A stretch of DNA of 63,805 bases, filler included, from Chrysochromulina tobinii (lineage: Eukaryota): assembly GCA_001275005.1 (NCBI GenBank). It is 7 parts of 7 records of this genome, joined end to end, with 100 filler letters (N's around TTAATTAATTAA, not from the genome) between each part and the next. Parts side by side here need not be neighbours in the genome. Positions count along the whole stretch, not along the records: positions 32,493 to 48,504 come from JWZX01000609.1; 6 more parts are not named here. One strand, written 5' to 3'. Positions 32,992-43,082 of this stretch are shown piece by piece (within the stretch, counting starts at the first letter, position 1; every line of letters starts with the position of its first letter). Position numbers and translations under genes: made by a program. The notes below the pieces were generated by a model. It was not told the origin of the DNA, searched no databases, and saw only the letters and a program-made list of their open reading frames with translations.

Positions 32992-35508
32992 TCACGCGAG
33001 CTCGTGCACCTCGGCGCCCGCCTCGGCGCCGTGGAGGCGCGTGAACGCCTCCTCGACAGACATGCCCAGCATCGACGCCACGTCGACGCCCTGCCGCGCG
33101 AGCGCCGAGACGAGCACTTGCATGCACGAAGGGTCGCCGCTCGCGAGCGCATGCACGAGCTCCGGGCAGCCTGCGAGGACGGTGGCCGGGCTGAGCAGAC
33201 CCGGCGAGAGCGTGAGCAGCTCGGCGGCGCAGTCGGCGTGGCCACAGGCGCACGCCAGTGCGAGGGCACTCAGTCCGTCCTCCGTGATCGACAACACGTC
33301 CGCCCCAGCCGCCACGAGGACCGTGAGGCCGTGGAGGTTACCGGAGGCGGCTGCGCAGTGGAGCGGCCGCCACCCCGCCTCGGAGAGCGCCTCCAGTTGT
33401 GAAGCCCCCACAGCGCTCGCGAGCACCCTCGCGAGCACGTCCGGGTCGCCGCCTAGGGCGGCGCAGTGCAGTGCCGGCAGCCTGCTGCTGCTGCTGCGCC
33501 ATGCGCCATGGGAGAGAGCGGTGGCGACGCACTCGGCATGGCCACCCAGCGCCGCGCACTCGAGCACACTCAGCCCCGAATCGGTCTGTGCCTCGAGGAG
33601 TCCAGGCGCCGTCTCGAGCAGCCGTTCGAGCAGCCGCGGGGCACCTGACCAAGCGGCAAGGTGTGCTGCGCTCACGTCACCGGCCATCAGCACCGTCGCC
33701 GAGGCGCCGGCATCGAGGAGCGCGTCCGCGGCCGCCTCAGCACGAGCGCCGCGGACGGCCGCCAAATGGAGCGCCGTCGCGTCGCCGAGCGCCGTCGAGG
33801 GCGCGTCGAGGGCGCGGGCATCGAGCGCGCCGCAGAGCGCGCGCACGCCCTCGGCGCGCCCGTTGAGAGCCGCGAGATGGAGCGCCGTACTGCCGAAGCG
33901 ATCAACGCCGGCGGCGGCCTCGGGGCCAGCGGCGACGGCCGCCTCGCGGATGGCGTGAGCATCGCCGTGCCATGCCGCGCGTAGGAGGACGGCCAGAGCG
34001 GGCGACGGCGGCGCAAACGGCACCGTCGCTGCGTAGGCTGCTGGTGGCGCGGCCTCGAGGGCATCGAAGGCGGCAAATCCCGACAGGCCGCTTTTGTGCT
34101 TTGAAGGTAGGATCTGGATTGCGCAGCCAGCGTCCCCGGTCGCGGGAGGCGCCTTGGGCGGTAGGACGGCGAAGCCGCCCACGCCACTGTGAATGCTCAT
34201 GTCATGGTCGATGGCATCCAGGGGAGCACTGTGAAGCTTGGCTGAGCGCATGCGCACGATGAGATCGTCATCGTCGTCTCCCAGGTCCATGTCCACGCCG
34301 CCGCCGCCGCCGCGGAAGGTGCCGAAGCCCAAGTTGAAGCCGCCGCCACTCCCATCGGTGCCGATCGCGGCCAGTGGCTCGAGCTCCGGCGACGAGGGCG
34401 AGTCATCGGACGAGGCGAGAAGCAGCAGCTCGTCCATGCTGAACTCGGGCTCGGGCACGTCGACGGCAGGGCCGAGGCCAAAGACGGCGCGCGCGCTGGC
34501 GGTGGTGGCGCCCGAGACGACGCCGAGGCTGCGCTTCTTGTAGGCGACGGTGCCGCGCACGACGCCCGTCGCGGTATCGATCATCGACTGCAGCTTCTGA
34601 TCGTTGAGAGAGTTGCGTGGGTTGTCCCCCTTGCAGAGCTTGCACAGCGTCGCTTTGCCCACCTCGGTCGCGGCCATCGCGGCAAACTGCCCAATGGTGC
34701 TGACGCCGTGGAGCTGCAGGCGCGAGACGTACCGTGCGCCCACACCCGGGATCTGGGAGATCGAGTCGTCGCCCGTGAGCTCCGCCTCTGACTTGCGCCG
34801 CTTGGACCACATCCGACCCACTTGGATGGTGATGGGGCCGACTTGCAGTTGCTCGATCGTGACGCCGGGGGGCGCGCGCTCGACGTCTATGAGCATGGTG
34901 AAGCTGCCATAGTGCTTGGAGGAGGGCTCGGCGATGCGCAGGTTGTCCCACTCGGCCAGACCCGCGAGCCCCGCCCGCGCGTTCCGCTCGCCGACCAGGA
35001 GCTCACCCGAACCGTTTGCCTTCTGCTCCTCTGGCAGGCCACGGCCGTTGAGCATTGAGACACGCAGCGTCACGTCGGCGTGCGGGTAGAGCTTGCCCGA
35101 CGGCAGGCGCAGCTGCACGGCGAAGCGCGGCAGCGTCTTGTGCTCGTACCACGCCGACTCGGGCGGCGGCATGAAGCTGGCCTGCAGTGTGACGGGGGCG
35201 CCGTTGCTCGGCGTCGGGGGGTCCGCGTCGCACGTGCTCGCCGACGATGGGCTCGACGGAGGGAAGGAGCCGCAGGTACTGCTGCCGCTGCTGCCCGAGG
35301 CCGCCATCTGCTCTTTGAAGCTCGCCACCTCCAAAAGGTAGGACTGGATCATGGATTTCAGCTCGAGCACCTCCTTGCGATACTCCATCACCTGCTCGGG
35401 AGCCGAATTCATGATCTCCAAGCACGTTACGCGAACCATCGACTGCATCTTCGCCATGGAGACGAAGTCGGTGCGCTCCGCGAGCAGCGCCTCGACCGCC
35501 GGCTCCAT
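32992..35508 (-). CDS. CBP60-like DNA-binding region + Gly-rich linker + ankyrin-repeat protein (putative transcription factor)
   Basis: LLVGERNARAGLAGLAEWDNLRIAEPSSKHYGSFTMLI...GPITIQ...SKRRK...DDSISQIPGVGARYVSRLQLHGVSTIGQF parallels the plant CBP60 domain; 7-9 ankyrin repeats (GSTALHLAALNG, GWRPLHCAAASG etc.). Confidence 0.75.
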   Translation of the reverse strand: MEPAVEALLAERTDFVSMAKMQSMVRVTCLEIMNSAPEQVMEYRKEVLELKSMIQSYLLEVASFKEQMAASGSSGSSTCGSFPPSSPSSASTCDADPPTPSNGAPVTLQASFMPPPESAWYEHKTLPRFAVQLRLPSGKLYPHADVTLRVSMLNGRGLPEEQKANGSGELLVGERNARAGLAGLAEWDNLRIAEPSSKHYGSFTMLIDVERAPPGVTIEQLQVGPITIQVGRMWSKRRKSEAELTGDDSISQIPGVGARYVSRLQLHGVSTIGQFAAMAATEVGKATLCKLCKGDNPRNSLNDQKLQSMIDTATGVVRGTVAYKKRSLGVVSGATTASARAVFGLGPAVDVPEPEFSMDELLLLASSDDSPSSPELEPLAAIGTDGSGGGFNLGFGTFRGGGGGVDMDLGDDDDDLIVRMRSAKLHSAPLDAIDHDMSIHSGVGGFAVLPPKAPPATGDAGCAIQILPSKHKSGLSGFAAFDALEAAPPAAYAATVPFAPPSPALAVLLRAAWHGDAHAIREAAVAAGPEAAAGVDRFGSTALHLAALNGRAEGVRALCGALDARALDAPSTALGDATALHLAAVRGARAEAAADALLDAGASATVLMAGDVSAAHLAAWSGAPRLLERLLETAPGLLEAQTDSGLSVLECAALGGHAECVATALSHGAWRSSSSRLPALHCAALGGDPDVLARVLASAVGASQLEALSEAGWRPLHCAAASGNLHGLTVLVAAGADVLSITEDGLSALALACACGHADCAAELLTLSPGLLSPATVLAGCPELVHALASGDPSCMQVLVSALARQGVDVASMLGMSVEEAFTRLHGAEAGAEVHELA

Positions 35509-35610
35509 GGGGCCGTGGAGAGCAGCGCGCGTCAAGACGAGTTCCGCCGCCGTGAGGAACACAGCTCGTGAACGTATCCTATGTGAACGTGAACACGTTT
35601 ATTTATAATT

Positions 35611-36735
35611 TCACCATCTTGTGCCTTCGGTCGACCCCCCGCCCAAGGCATCCGGCCGGAAATCGCTGCTCACGCGGTTCCGCCTGGCGTTCATAGGAGA
35701 CTTGGGTGCAGCAGGGTCCACCCGCGGAGGCATGGTCGGAGGGACCACAGGGGCCGCCAAATCCATCACTGGCGCACTCGCAGGAGAGGCCACAGCCAGA
35801 GAGGCCACCGCTGGAGACGCGAGGCTCGTTGAAGTGCGCGAGGCGAGGAGGATACGATTCATCGGAGTGATGCTCTGTGGAATGGCCTTCCAACGGACCT
35901 CGTAGCCGTGCATCTGAAGATCATACGTGCGCTGCACATCCGACGCGAGGGGCGTCCCGAGCGACTGCACCAGAGCCGTGGGAGCTTGGGCCGCATCCGA
36001 AGGGTAGCAGCAGGGCATCAGAGCGATCGAGCGAGCCTCGGCCTCGGCGGCGGCGGCGATGATCCGGTCGGTGAGCGACTTGCAGCCGTGCACGCACACC
36101 ACTGCTGCGCCGCCGCGGGGCAGAGGGTCCGAAGGCAGAATCTTCTTCTGTTCGTAAGTGATGCGCCCACTCACCCAGGGCGCGACCTCCACCGCGGCAG
36201 ATACCACCTCGTCAAAGGCCTTGGGGCGGCGCGGGTCGCGGATGATGACGCGCTCAAAGTCTTTCGATTTGAAGAGGGCCACGAGCGTGCCAACGAGGCC
36301 GTGGCCACCCGCCACATCAATGAGCAGCCCGTCATCAGCTACCAACGTGCCCTGCACCTGCGCAAAGAACTCGCAGGCCTCGAAAAACTCCTTGCGGTCG
36401 ATGCATCTCCTCGTGGCCACTGCCATGGCGAATCGGCTCATGAGCGAATCGCCGTGAAAGAGCTCAACGGTCGGGTCCACGACACGCGAGGCATTCGTGT
36501 CAAGGTGGAGCCGGAACCGTCGGCCAGCATTCACGGTTCGCCTCGTCGTCTCGTTGTTGAGCGCGGGCCAGGCCTTGAAGGCTGCATCCGAAGATTGTGC
36601 TACGCCCTTTGTCGGGAACGATGGCGCCGTCGTGCGACGCGGTAGCCGTAGATCGGCAAGCGCCGCTGATTCGGCAGGAGCAGCCAGGAAGACGAGAGAG
36701 AGCAGCCAGGAAGACGGGCCGACTGCTCTCATCAT
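35611..36735 (-). CDS. SAM-dependent methyltransferase (Methyltransf_32-like) with signal/targeting peptide
   Basis: LIDVAGGHGLVG motif I, VHGCKSLTD, ALMPCCY, ITPMNRIL. Confidence 0.82.
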   Translation of the reverse strand: MMRAVGPSSWLLSLVFLAAPAESAALADLRLPRRTTAPSFPTKGVAQSSDAAFKAWPALNNETTRRTVNAGRRFRLHLDTNASRVVDPTVELFHGDSLMSRFAMAVATRRCIDRKEFFEACEFFAQVQGTLVADDGLLIDVAGGHGLVGTLVALFKSKDFERVIIRDPRRPKAFDEVVSAAVEVAPWVSGRITYEQKKILPSDPLPRGGAAVVCVHGCKSLTDRIIAAAAEAEARSIALMPCCYPSDAAQAPTALVQSLGTPLASDVQRTYDLQMHGYEVRWKAIPQSITPMNRILLASRTSTSLASPAVASLAVASPASAPVMDLAAPVVPPTMPPRVDPAAPKSPMNARRNRVSSDFRPDALGGGSTEGTRW

Positions 36736-37366
36736 TTTTGTGCGCAATCAAGTCAAGTTGCAAAGTCAAGTCAAGTCAGTCAGTCACGTCGCGGTCCCCC
36801 ACGCTCACTCCACAAGTCACACACCAACCCAAAAATCCTTTTTAACACACACCTCATGGCGCCAGCATTTTGGGCGCCACACTGCGAGCTCTCACTCTCT
36901 ATATGGTAACCAGCTGTGCTGCCCATGGGCCATGTGCGGGGCGTTGCAGCGCTGCTGTCTGCGGCCTGAGTCAAAAGGACTTTCACTCGTGACCATCGTC
37001 GAGTTCTCCATCCGTTCTTCTATCGTGATAGGAATCCGTGAGTGTGTCGCGTTTCGTGTCAGAAATCACAAGACACAGTGAGACCATTCACACGGCACAC
37101 TCAATCGTGGGCACAGCAGAGGGGAAGGGGAAGCCTAGGGGAAGCCGGGCATGGTGCGCGCGATAGCCGATGCGGAGGTAGCGCTCCAGTCGTAGAGTCA
37201 CCGTACTCGTCACTCGATCTTCTTGGGGCTGGTGAAATTACCGTACTTGGTCTGTCCGTTAACGTGTCGTGGAGGTCGAGGTGCTCGGGGAGCACGTTGA
37301 TGATGTCCACTTGACGTTTCGAATTCCGTGAAACGGCTGTGACCAACCACTATTACGCCGGGTTAT

Positions 37367-38479
37367 TCACGGAATTGGAAACGTTCTGCAGACCCAATGA
37401 GGTGCCATGAGGTGCCTCTCGACCCGCGTCGCGCTTGCTTGCAGCTGCTCCTCCGCGTCGTCTCGGCACGCGTACCGCGCTGGCCCAACCTTCATCACGT
37501 CAGCGTGCCGTGCGTGGCTCAGATCGGCACGGAGCCACGCCTCGTCCGTGTCTTCCGCCGCGACTAGCTCGCGCTCGCTCGCGCGCTCCGCCACGCCGCG
37601 AAAATGCGCCGCCTGCGCGGGCGGTAAGGTCAGCTGAAGGTAGCCGACCAGATCAGTGATGCGCTCGCGAATCTTGAGGGTTCGTTGTGCGACGAGCACG
37701 GCGCGCTCGGCCGCCTTGGCATCGGCCTTGGCGCGCTGCACCTGCTGCCACTGGCGCATCTCCGCTGCGCGTTCGTAACCGCGACGGCGTGCATTCGCGT
37801 GCGCGAGGTGCTTGAGAGACGAGCGCCATTTCTCCTCGTGCCCATGCTCGTCGTGCCTGTGGTTCGTAAAGCTCCTTCCATCCTGCCCGAGGCTGCTGCG
37901 GTGTGAGGAGCTGTAATGCTGCTCGACGGGGGTGCTCGTGCGCGCATGGCCAGGGGTGCGCAAGAGTGGTGCCGAAGAAAGCCCCTCGTCGATCCGGATG
38001 CTCTTCGTCCAGTCGGGCGGCAGCACGCGGCCTGGGACGCGGCTTACCACGCTCGGGCCAACGTGAGCAGCCGAGGAGCTCGACGACGTGTACAGCCGAA
38101 CCCCCGAGGGCGACTCCACGAAGCCGAATGAGTCATAGAATGAGCCCGCGGACCGTGTGTGGAACTGAGGCGTCGCGCTCTTGAGGGTCCTGCGCGGGCC
38201 GTCACGTCCCGTCACGACACGCTGGCGTGCTAGCTCCTCCCGCGTCAGCATGAGCGCTGGCGCAGGTAGCCGGTAAGAGCCCGGGCCGGGAAAGCCCTCC
38301 GAGCCCTTGACCACATAGCTTGGTCGGGCTCCGCTCATACGGAACGAGGCCGAGACCAACGACGGCGCGTGCTCGCGCGCATATTTTCCATAATGCCGTT
38401 CGGGGGACAGCGAACGCCTCGGCGACAGCTCGAGTAGCTCCGAAGAAAACGTCGAGGACAGCTGATCCGATGAGGACAT
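37367..38479 (-). CDS. Hypothetical protein with a single PGPGSY (SHIPPO-like) motif
   Basis: 370-aa ATG-initiated ORF; FPGPGSYRLP; helical C-terminus. Confidence 0.55.
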   Translation of the reverse strand: MSSSDQLSSTFSSELLELSPRRSLSPERHYGKYAREHAPSLVSASFRMSGARPSYVVKGSEGFPGPGSYRLPAPALMLTREELARQRVVTGRDGPRRTLKSATPQFHTRSAGSFYDSFGFVESPSGVRLYTSSSSSAAHVGPSVVSRVPGRVLPPDWTKSIRIDEGLSSAPLLRTPGHARTSTPVEQHYSSSHRSSLGQDGRSFTNHRHDEHGHEEKWRSSLKHLAHANARRRGYERAAEMRQWQQVQRAKADAKAAERAVLVAQRTLKIRERITDLVGYLQLTLPPAQAAHFRGVAERASERELVAAEDTDEAWLRADLSHARHADVMKVGPARYACRDDAEEQLQASATRVERHLMAPHWVCRTFPIP

Positions 38480-38945
38480 GCAGACCGGGAGGTTCGCCCA
38501 TTTCTAGTTTCTACAGTCGCTTCGTTTCAAGAAACGGCAATCGTATAGCGCGGCGCAAATAAGCATGCATCCAGCGGGGAGTAGGCCCGCAAGGCTCTAG
38601 AGGCGCGCCAGGGCCAGTCAGTATTTCCCAGCTATTTCCGCCATCACTTGCGTTGTATCTGAGTTTCACGACACTCGGACACAGTGGTACAGCCCTACAG
38701 CCTGTCAGCCTGGCACCCTGGCCCTCAGCTGTATATCCGTCTTATACGCTAGAGCTGTGATTTCCAATGGTGGCCGTGAAGGGGCGGCGCTTATGGCGGC
38801 GCTCCTTCGGCGACCATCAATAATAATGCGCGCCCCTCGCTCGAAAGGAGCCAGTGGCTTGGCCTGCAAAAGCCCTTGTGTCGAACTCTCGCGTCAACCG
38901 CCGTCTGCATCAATAGCATCAAATAGCATGCATGTGGCCGATTGG

Positions 38946-40132
38946 TCACGCGGCGGCGGGCGGCAAGCCGCTCACCTTCCACGTGGCCAGCAGCTCGCTC
39001 GCGAGCAGCTCCGCCCAGACGACGTACCCCGCGTCGTTCGGGTGCATGCCGTCCGACGCAAAGTAAGGCACCCCGTCAAGCAGCCTCGTCACCAGACTCG
39101 GGGGTGGCGCCACAAACGCTATCTTGCCGCCGCCGGTGCCAGCGGCTAGCTCGCGCGCGTAGGCAGCTTCGGCCGCACGACGCTTCTGGTCCTCCCACAG
39201 CCGCGTGATCGCCCGCGTCGCCGCCGACATCGGCCAAAGGTCATTGAAGCGCGGCACTGCCTCGATGGGGCAGCCAGCGAGGAGGAGCGTGGAGGGAGAT
39301 CCCGCCATCTCGTGGACCGAGCACAGGAGGGACTCCATGAGCTCGCCTGCATGCAATCAGGGAGGTAATCAGAGCGTAATCAGAGTGCATCTGGGTCGCT
39401 GAGCTCGCCTGCATGCAATCAGAGGGGTAATCAGAGTGTCATCAGAGCGCAATCAGAGGGCATCTGGTCGCTGAGCTCGCCAAATCTCCACGGGTGGAGG
39501 CGCGGGTTGGCGAAGAGCAGGCACTCCTTGATGTCGTTCAGGCCCGTCATCACGATCACCGCGTCCACCCTCTGCCCCTCGCCGCTCGCAGTCACGCGCT
39601 GGATCTCCGACTGCAGCATCGGTAGCATTCGCGTGCGGAGCATCGAGACGTCGGCACCCGTCTCGCCAACGCATGACCAGGCGACGGAGGTGCCAAGCTG
39701 CTGCGCGAGCAGCTCGGCCACGCGCCGCGGCAGCACCGGCCCTCGCGCCTCTGACGCCTCCGCACTGCAGCCCACGCCCGTCACAAGCGAATCGCCGAGG
39801 AAGACGATGTTGAGTTGGCGCGGGGGCGGATCCGCGGAGCGCAGCCAGCCGCGGCCGGCGGCAGCGGAAGAGACGGCCGTCGGCTGCTCCACGCCCGCGA
39901 GCGGACCGCGCGCGTCCGGAGGCAGCCGGAACTTGGCGCGCACGTATAGCATCTCGCCCACGAGGAGTGCGGCGCCGGCGCCGGCGCCGTAGAGCGTGGC
40001 GCGTCGCGCCATGCTCCAAATGCTCGAGGCTGTGGGGCCATGCGCTGCTGCCGCTGCGGTCGTTAGGCCGCGGCTCGGGACCCGAAGCAGTGGCCGGAGC
40101 TTGAGCGTGAGTGCCGCGTTACGATGCAGCAT
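38946..40132 (-). CDS. SGNH/GDSL hydrolase (exons 40132-39481 and 39346-38946)
   Basis: Blocks VFLGDSLVTG, GLND, DGMHPN; removing 39347-39480 gives in-frame RFG|ELMESL. Confidence 0.85.
39347..39480 (-). other. GC-AG intron made of two tandem intron units (39480-39409 and 39408-39347)
   Basis: On the minus strand each unit starts GCGAGCTCAGCGACC and ends GATTGCATGCAG. Confidence 0.8.
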
Positions 40133-40318
40133 TTTGCAGTTCTTGCGACGGCGCCGCACAAAAGTTTACCGCGACGAAGTTGAGCGGCTTGTCAACCACT
40201 GTAACGAGATGAACACCAGCATCGATACTACGAGACGAATAGGCATCACGATTTGTTGGGTTCGGCTCGCCTTTCGTCCTATTCGCGTCTAGGGTCTCGA
40301 CGGCCCACAAAGAGGCAG

Positions 40319-41091
40319 ATGGCCGGATCAAGCTCTCACCAGGGATGCCACTTGCGCCTGATGTACGCGGCAGACCGCCACAGGCCCTGCGCACGCCGCC
40401 TGTGCGACGCGTGGCGACCTCCGTGCTCAGCCCCACACCGCCACGCCCCACGCCACACTTCCCGCCAAACCTGACCCCTGCGCTTGACCTGTGCAGGTCC
40501 GACCTGCGGACGATGAAGCAGCAACCGCCCGAGGGCGTCTCCGCAAGCCCGATCGGCGATGACAACCTGCTCGTCTGGGGCGGCACCGTCTTCGGTCCCG
40601 ATGACACGCCGTGGGAGGGCGGCATCTTCTCGCTGAGGATGACCTTCACGGAGCAGTACCCTGACAAGCCGCCGCGCGTGCGCTTCACCTCCGAGATGGT
40701 GCGTGCCCTCGCTACCTCGCGCGCCCGCTCGCGCCGCCGCGCACCTGGCTGCATCGTACCCTGCGTGCGCCCTCGCTTCCCACCTGCCGCGTCACGCATG
40801 CGTCGGGATCCGCGGATTCCATGACCCTCTCCTCGCTCTCTCTGCGCTCCGCCGCTTGTGCAGTTCCACCCGAACATCTACCCGGACGGGACGTTGTGCA
40901 TGGACCTGATTCAGGACAACTGGAGCCCCGTTTACTCCGTCGGCTCCATCCTGATGGCTATCCGCTCACTGCTGACTGACCCGAACTGCGCGAGCCCGGC
41001 CAACCCGGAGGCAGCCCAGCTCTTCCAGACGGACGTCAAGGGGTACGGCCGGCGGGTAAGAAGGGTGGCCGAGAAGTCGGTCGCCGGTTGA
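40319..41091 (+). CDS. UBC2: Ubiquitin-conjugating enzyme E2, RAD6/UBC2-like (exons 40319-40362, 40497-40698, 40864-41091)
   Basis: Spliced product LRLMSDL...PPEGVSASP...GPDDTPWEGGIF...YPDKPPRVRF.SEM|FHPNIYPDGTLCMDLIQDNWSP...SPANPEAA; two GT-AG introns restore the frame. Confidence 0.9.
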
Positions 41092-41869
41092 GACGGCGGC
41101 GCGTGCGCGGTGCGTACTGGGCCTATCACCGGGCCTATTCGATGGGCGTATGGCTCGACATCCCCGCTGAGGAGGGTGTACAGTTACAGGTGGGCAGTAG
41201 CGGAGGGATGAAGAGCGCCTGGGCAGCTGTGACCTCGAAGGCATCACTGTGTGGTGGCGGCTGTGCGTGGCTGAGCGAATGTGTGCGTGCGCGCGCGCGC
41301 GTGTGCGCACGGGGAATGGGCTCCGGGGGCGCTCCCTCGCAACAAGCGAGCAGGCTAGAAATGATGGGAGCGAGCGACGACGAGGACGCGCCTGTCGTGC
41401 GGGCTTGTTGCTCGCGGCCTCTCTTGCGACGCAGACGCACCGCCTGACGTCGGCTCCTGCAATGTCCTCTCTCAGAGGAGGCGTGTGCGCATGCACATGC
41501 ACCCAAGCTCTCGATAGGGCGGCGCGGCGGCCGGCGGAGCGTGGAGCGAGGACGGCCTGCGTGGGCCCCTCCGCCCTCGTTTCGAACAAGATCCGAGACT
41601 CTCATAGTAAGAGGTGCACAATAGTCCAGTAACAGGGAATGATCACGGTGACTGTGTCTGAGGAAAAGCTCTAAAATCAGGAAACGAATACGTATGCACC
41701 GTGCCGACGGGATCGACGCGTGTGGCCGTGTGCCGTGTGCTGTACTCCAGTGCTGTACGAGTGAGTATCCGCCGGACGATCACAGATTCGTTCGCGCATT
41801 GTGGAGAGCGCGCCGCGGCGCCTCCACGCAGAGCGCACGTGTGCCTATCTGCCGCCATGCGTATGGCGC

Positions 41870-42424
41870 TCAGAGCAGCCGATCCGCGGTGGGCAGGTCC
41901 TCGAGCGCGAACGAGGAGTTGCTCTCCACGGGCAGCACGCGCTTGGCGCCGTTCTCGGCACGCAGTTTGTCCATGTACGGGTCGCGCTCGTCGAGCTCAG
42001 GATCGTGCCAGTAGGAGCCAATTTCGGAAGTCGTGGAGCGGAGGGGACCCCTGAGGCAGTCGGGTGGCTTCCCCTTGCCTTTCGTGGACGCATGGTTTTT
42101 CATCTCCTGGAAGACGGGGTCTGTCCACCAGCTACCAATCGCCTTTGATGACGTGGGCGCCTGCCGCTCGGGGAACATGCCCGTTGTAAGGCGCGCGAGC
42201 GCGCAGCCGGCGACGGGCACCGCCGGCGACGGCCGCTGCGGCTGCGCTGTGAAGTCGTAGACGTAGCCGAGGCCCGGGCCCTTCTTACGCTTCATGTTGT
42301 GGCACTTCTTGTACTCCTCGACGAATTCTTTTTTGGCGTTCTCCTCGAATTGAATGGCAGTCGAGCCGACCATGGGCACGTGGCCCGTGCAGAAGGTGCC
42401 CGTGTAATATCGTGGTGCGCTCAT
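41870..42424 (-). CDS. Small hypothetical protein (YTG..GHVP motif; possibly ciliary microtubule-inner-protein-like)
   Basis: ATG at 42424 with coding-like composition; repeated S..IGS.W motif. Function is a guess. Confidence 0.5.
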   Translation of the reverse strand: MSAPRYYTGTFCTGHVPMVGSTAIQFEENAKKEFVEEYKKCHNMKRKKGPGLGYVYDFTAQPQRPSPAVPVAGCALARLTTGMFPERQAPTSSKAIGSWWTDPVFQEMKNHASTKGKGKPPDCLRGPLRSTTSEIGSYWHDPELDERDPYMDKLRAENGAKRVLPVESNSSFALEDLPTADRLL

Positions 42425-42864
42425 CCCGCGAAGGGACAACAACGTGCGGTCGGAAGGTCGCTTGAGGATGTTTGCGCCCTCAGATGCGGAACCGAAGCGT
42501 CGTAACGGGCGAAATTGAAGGAATGCCGCCTTTCAGCTGAGAGGAACGCCTTTCATATGTAACGCGAAAGCAGCCCACTTACCCGCCAACACTCAGTTGT
42601 AACTCTTCGGTCTAGGACTCGGTTCACCCGACGCCCGTACTCGTATCTTGCCGACCCGAGCCCCACCCCCCCAGACCTCGCTCTCTAGCCCGCTACACGG
42701 GCCCCGAACCGACTCACTGTGACACGGCACTAGCTGACTCTTGTGCATGGTCTCTCCCTTTTCCAACGGCGGCGCTCATTATGATGATCCTTGCCGCCCT
42801 TCGTTAGGGCAGCCGCCGCCTGTCCCCACTGCCGTGCCCCTGTATGCCATTTGCGTCCGTGGAC

Positions 42865-42958
42865 TGGTCCGTTCACTGTCCGTGCATTCTTGCCTGCCTG
42901 CCAGCCTGCCAGCCTGCGCACTCTAGGCTCGCGCCCAGCGACCTTCATCCTTACGTCC
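42865..42958 (+). repeat. Dispersed repeat, inverted homolog of 46618-46718
   Basis: tggtccgttcactgtccgtgcattcttgcctgcctg...ttcatccttacgtcc matches the reverse complement of 46618-46718 with a few indels. Confidence 0.85.
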
Positions 42959-43082
42959 TTTCCTCCTCTTCCTCCCCCCCGCGGTGCCAGATGCGTTTCA
43001 CCGACCCTTGGTTGTACTAGTCCCGTGCAATGACGCCATCGGCGCGGCGGTCGGGAACTGCCTGAGGGACGCCTCTCCTTGC

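Noticed and set aside
32942..33958. 338-aa plus-strand ORF and many similar long overlapping ORFs (e.g. 54972-55907, 26780-27631, 4354-5469)
   Set aside because: Antisense or alternative-frame shadows expected in high-GC DNA; no motifs.
40345..40824. 159-aa E2 ORF as a truncated stand-alone gene
   Set aside because: Explained by two canonical GT-AG introns giving a complete UBC2-like protein.
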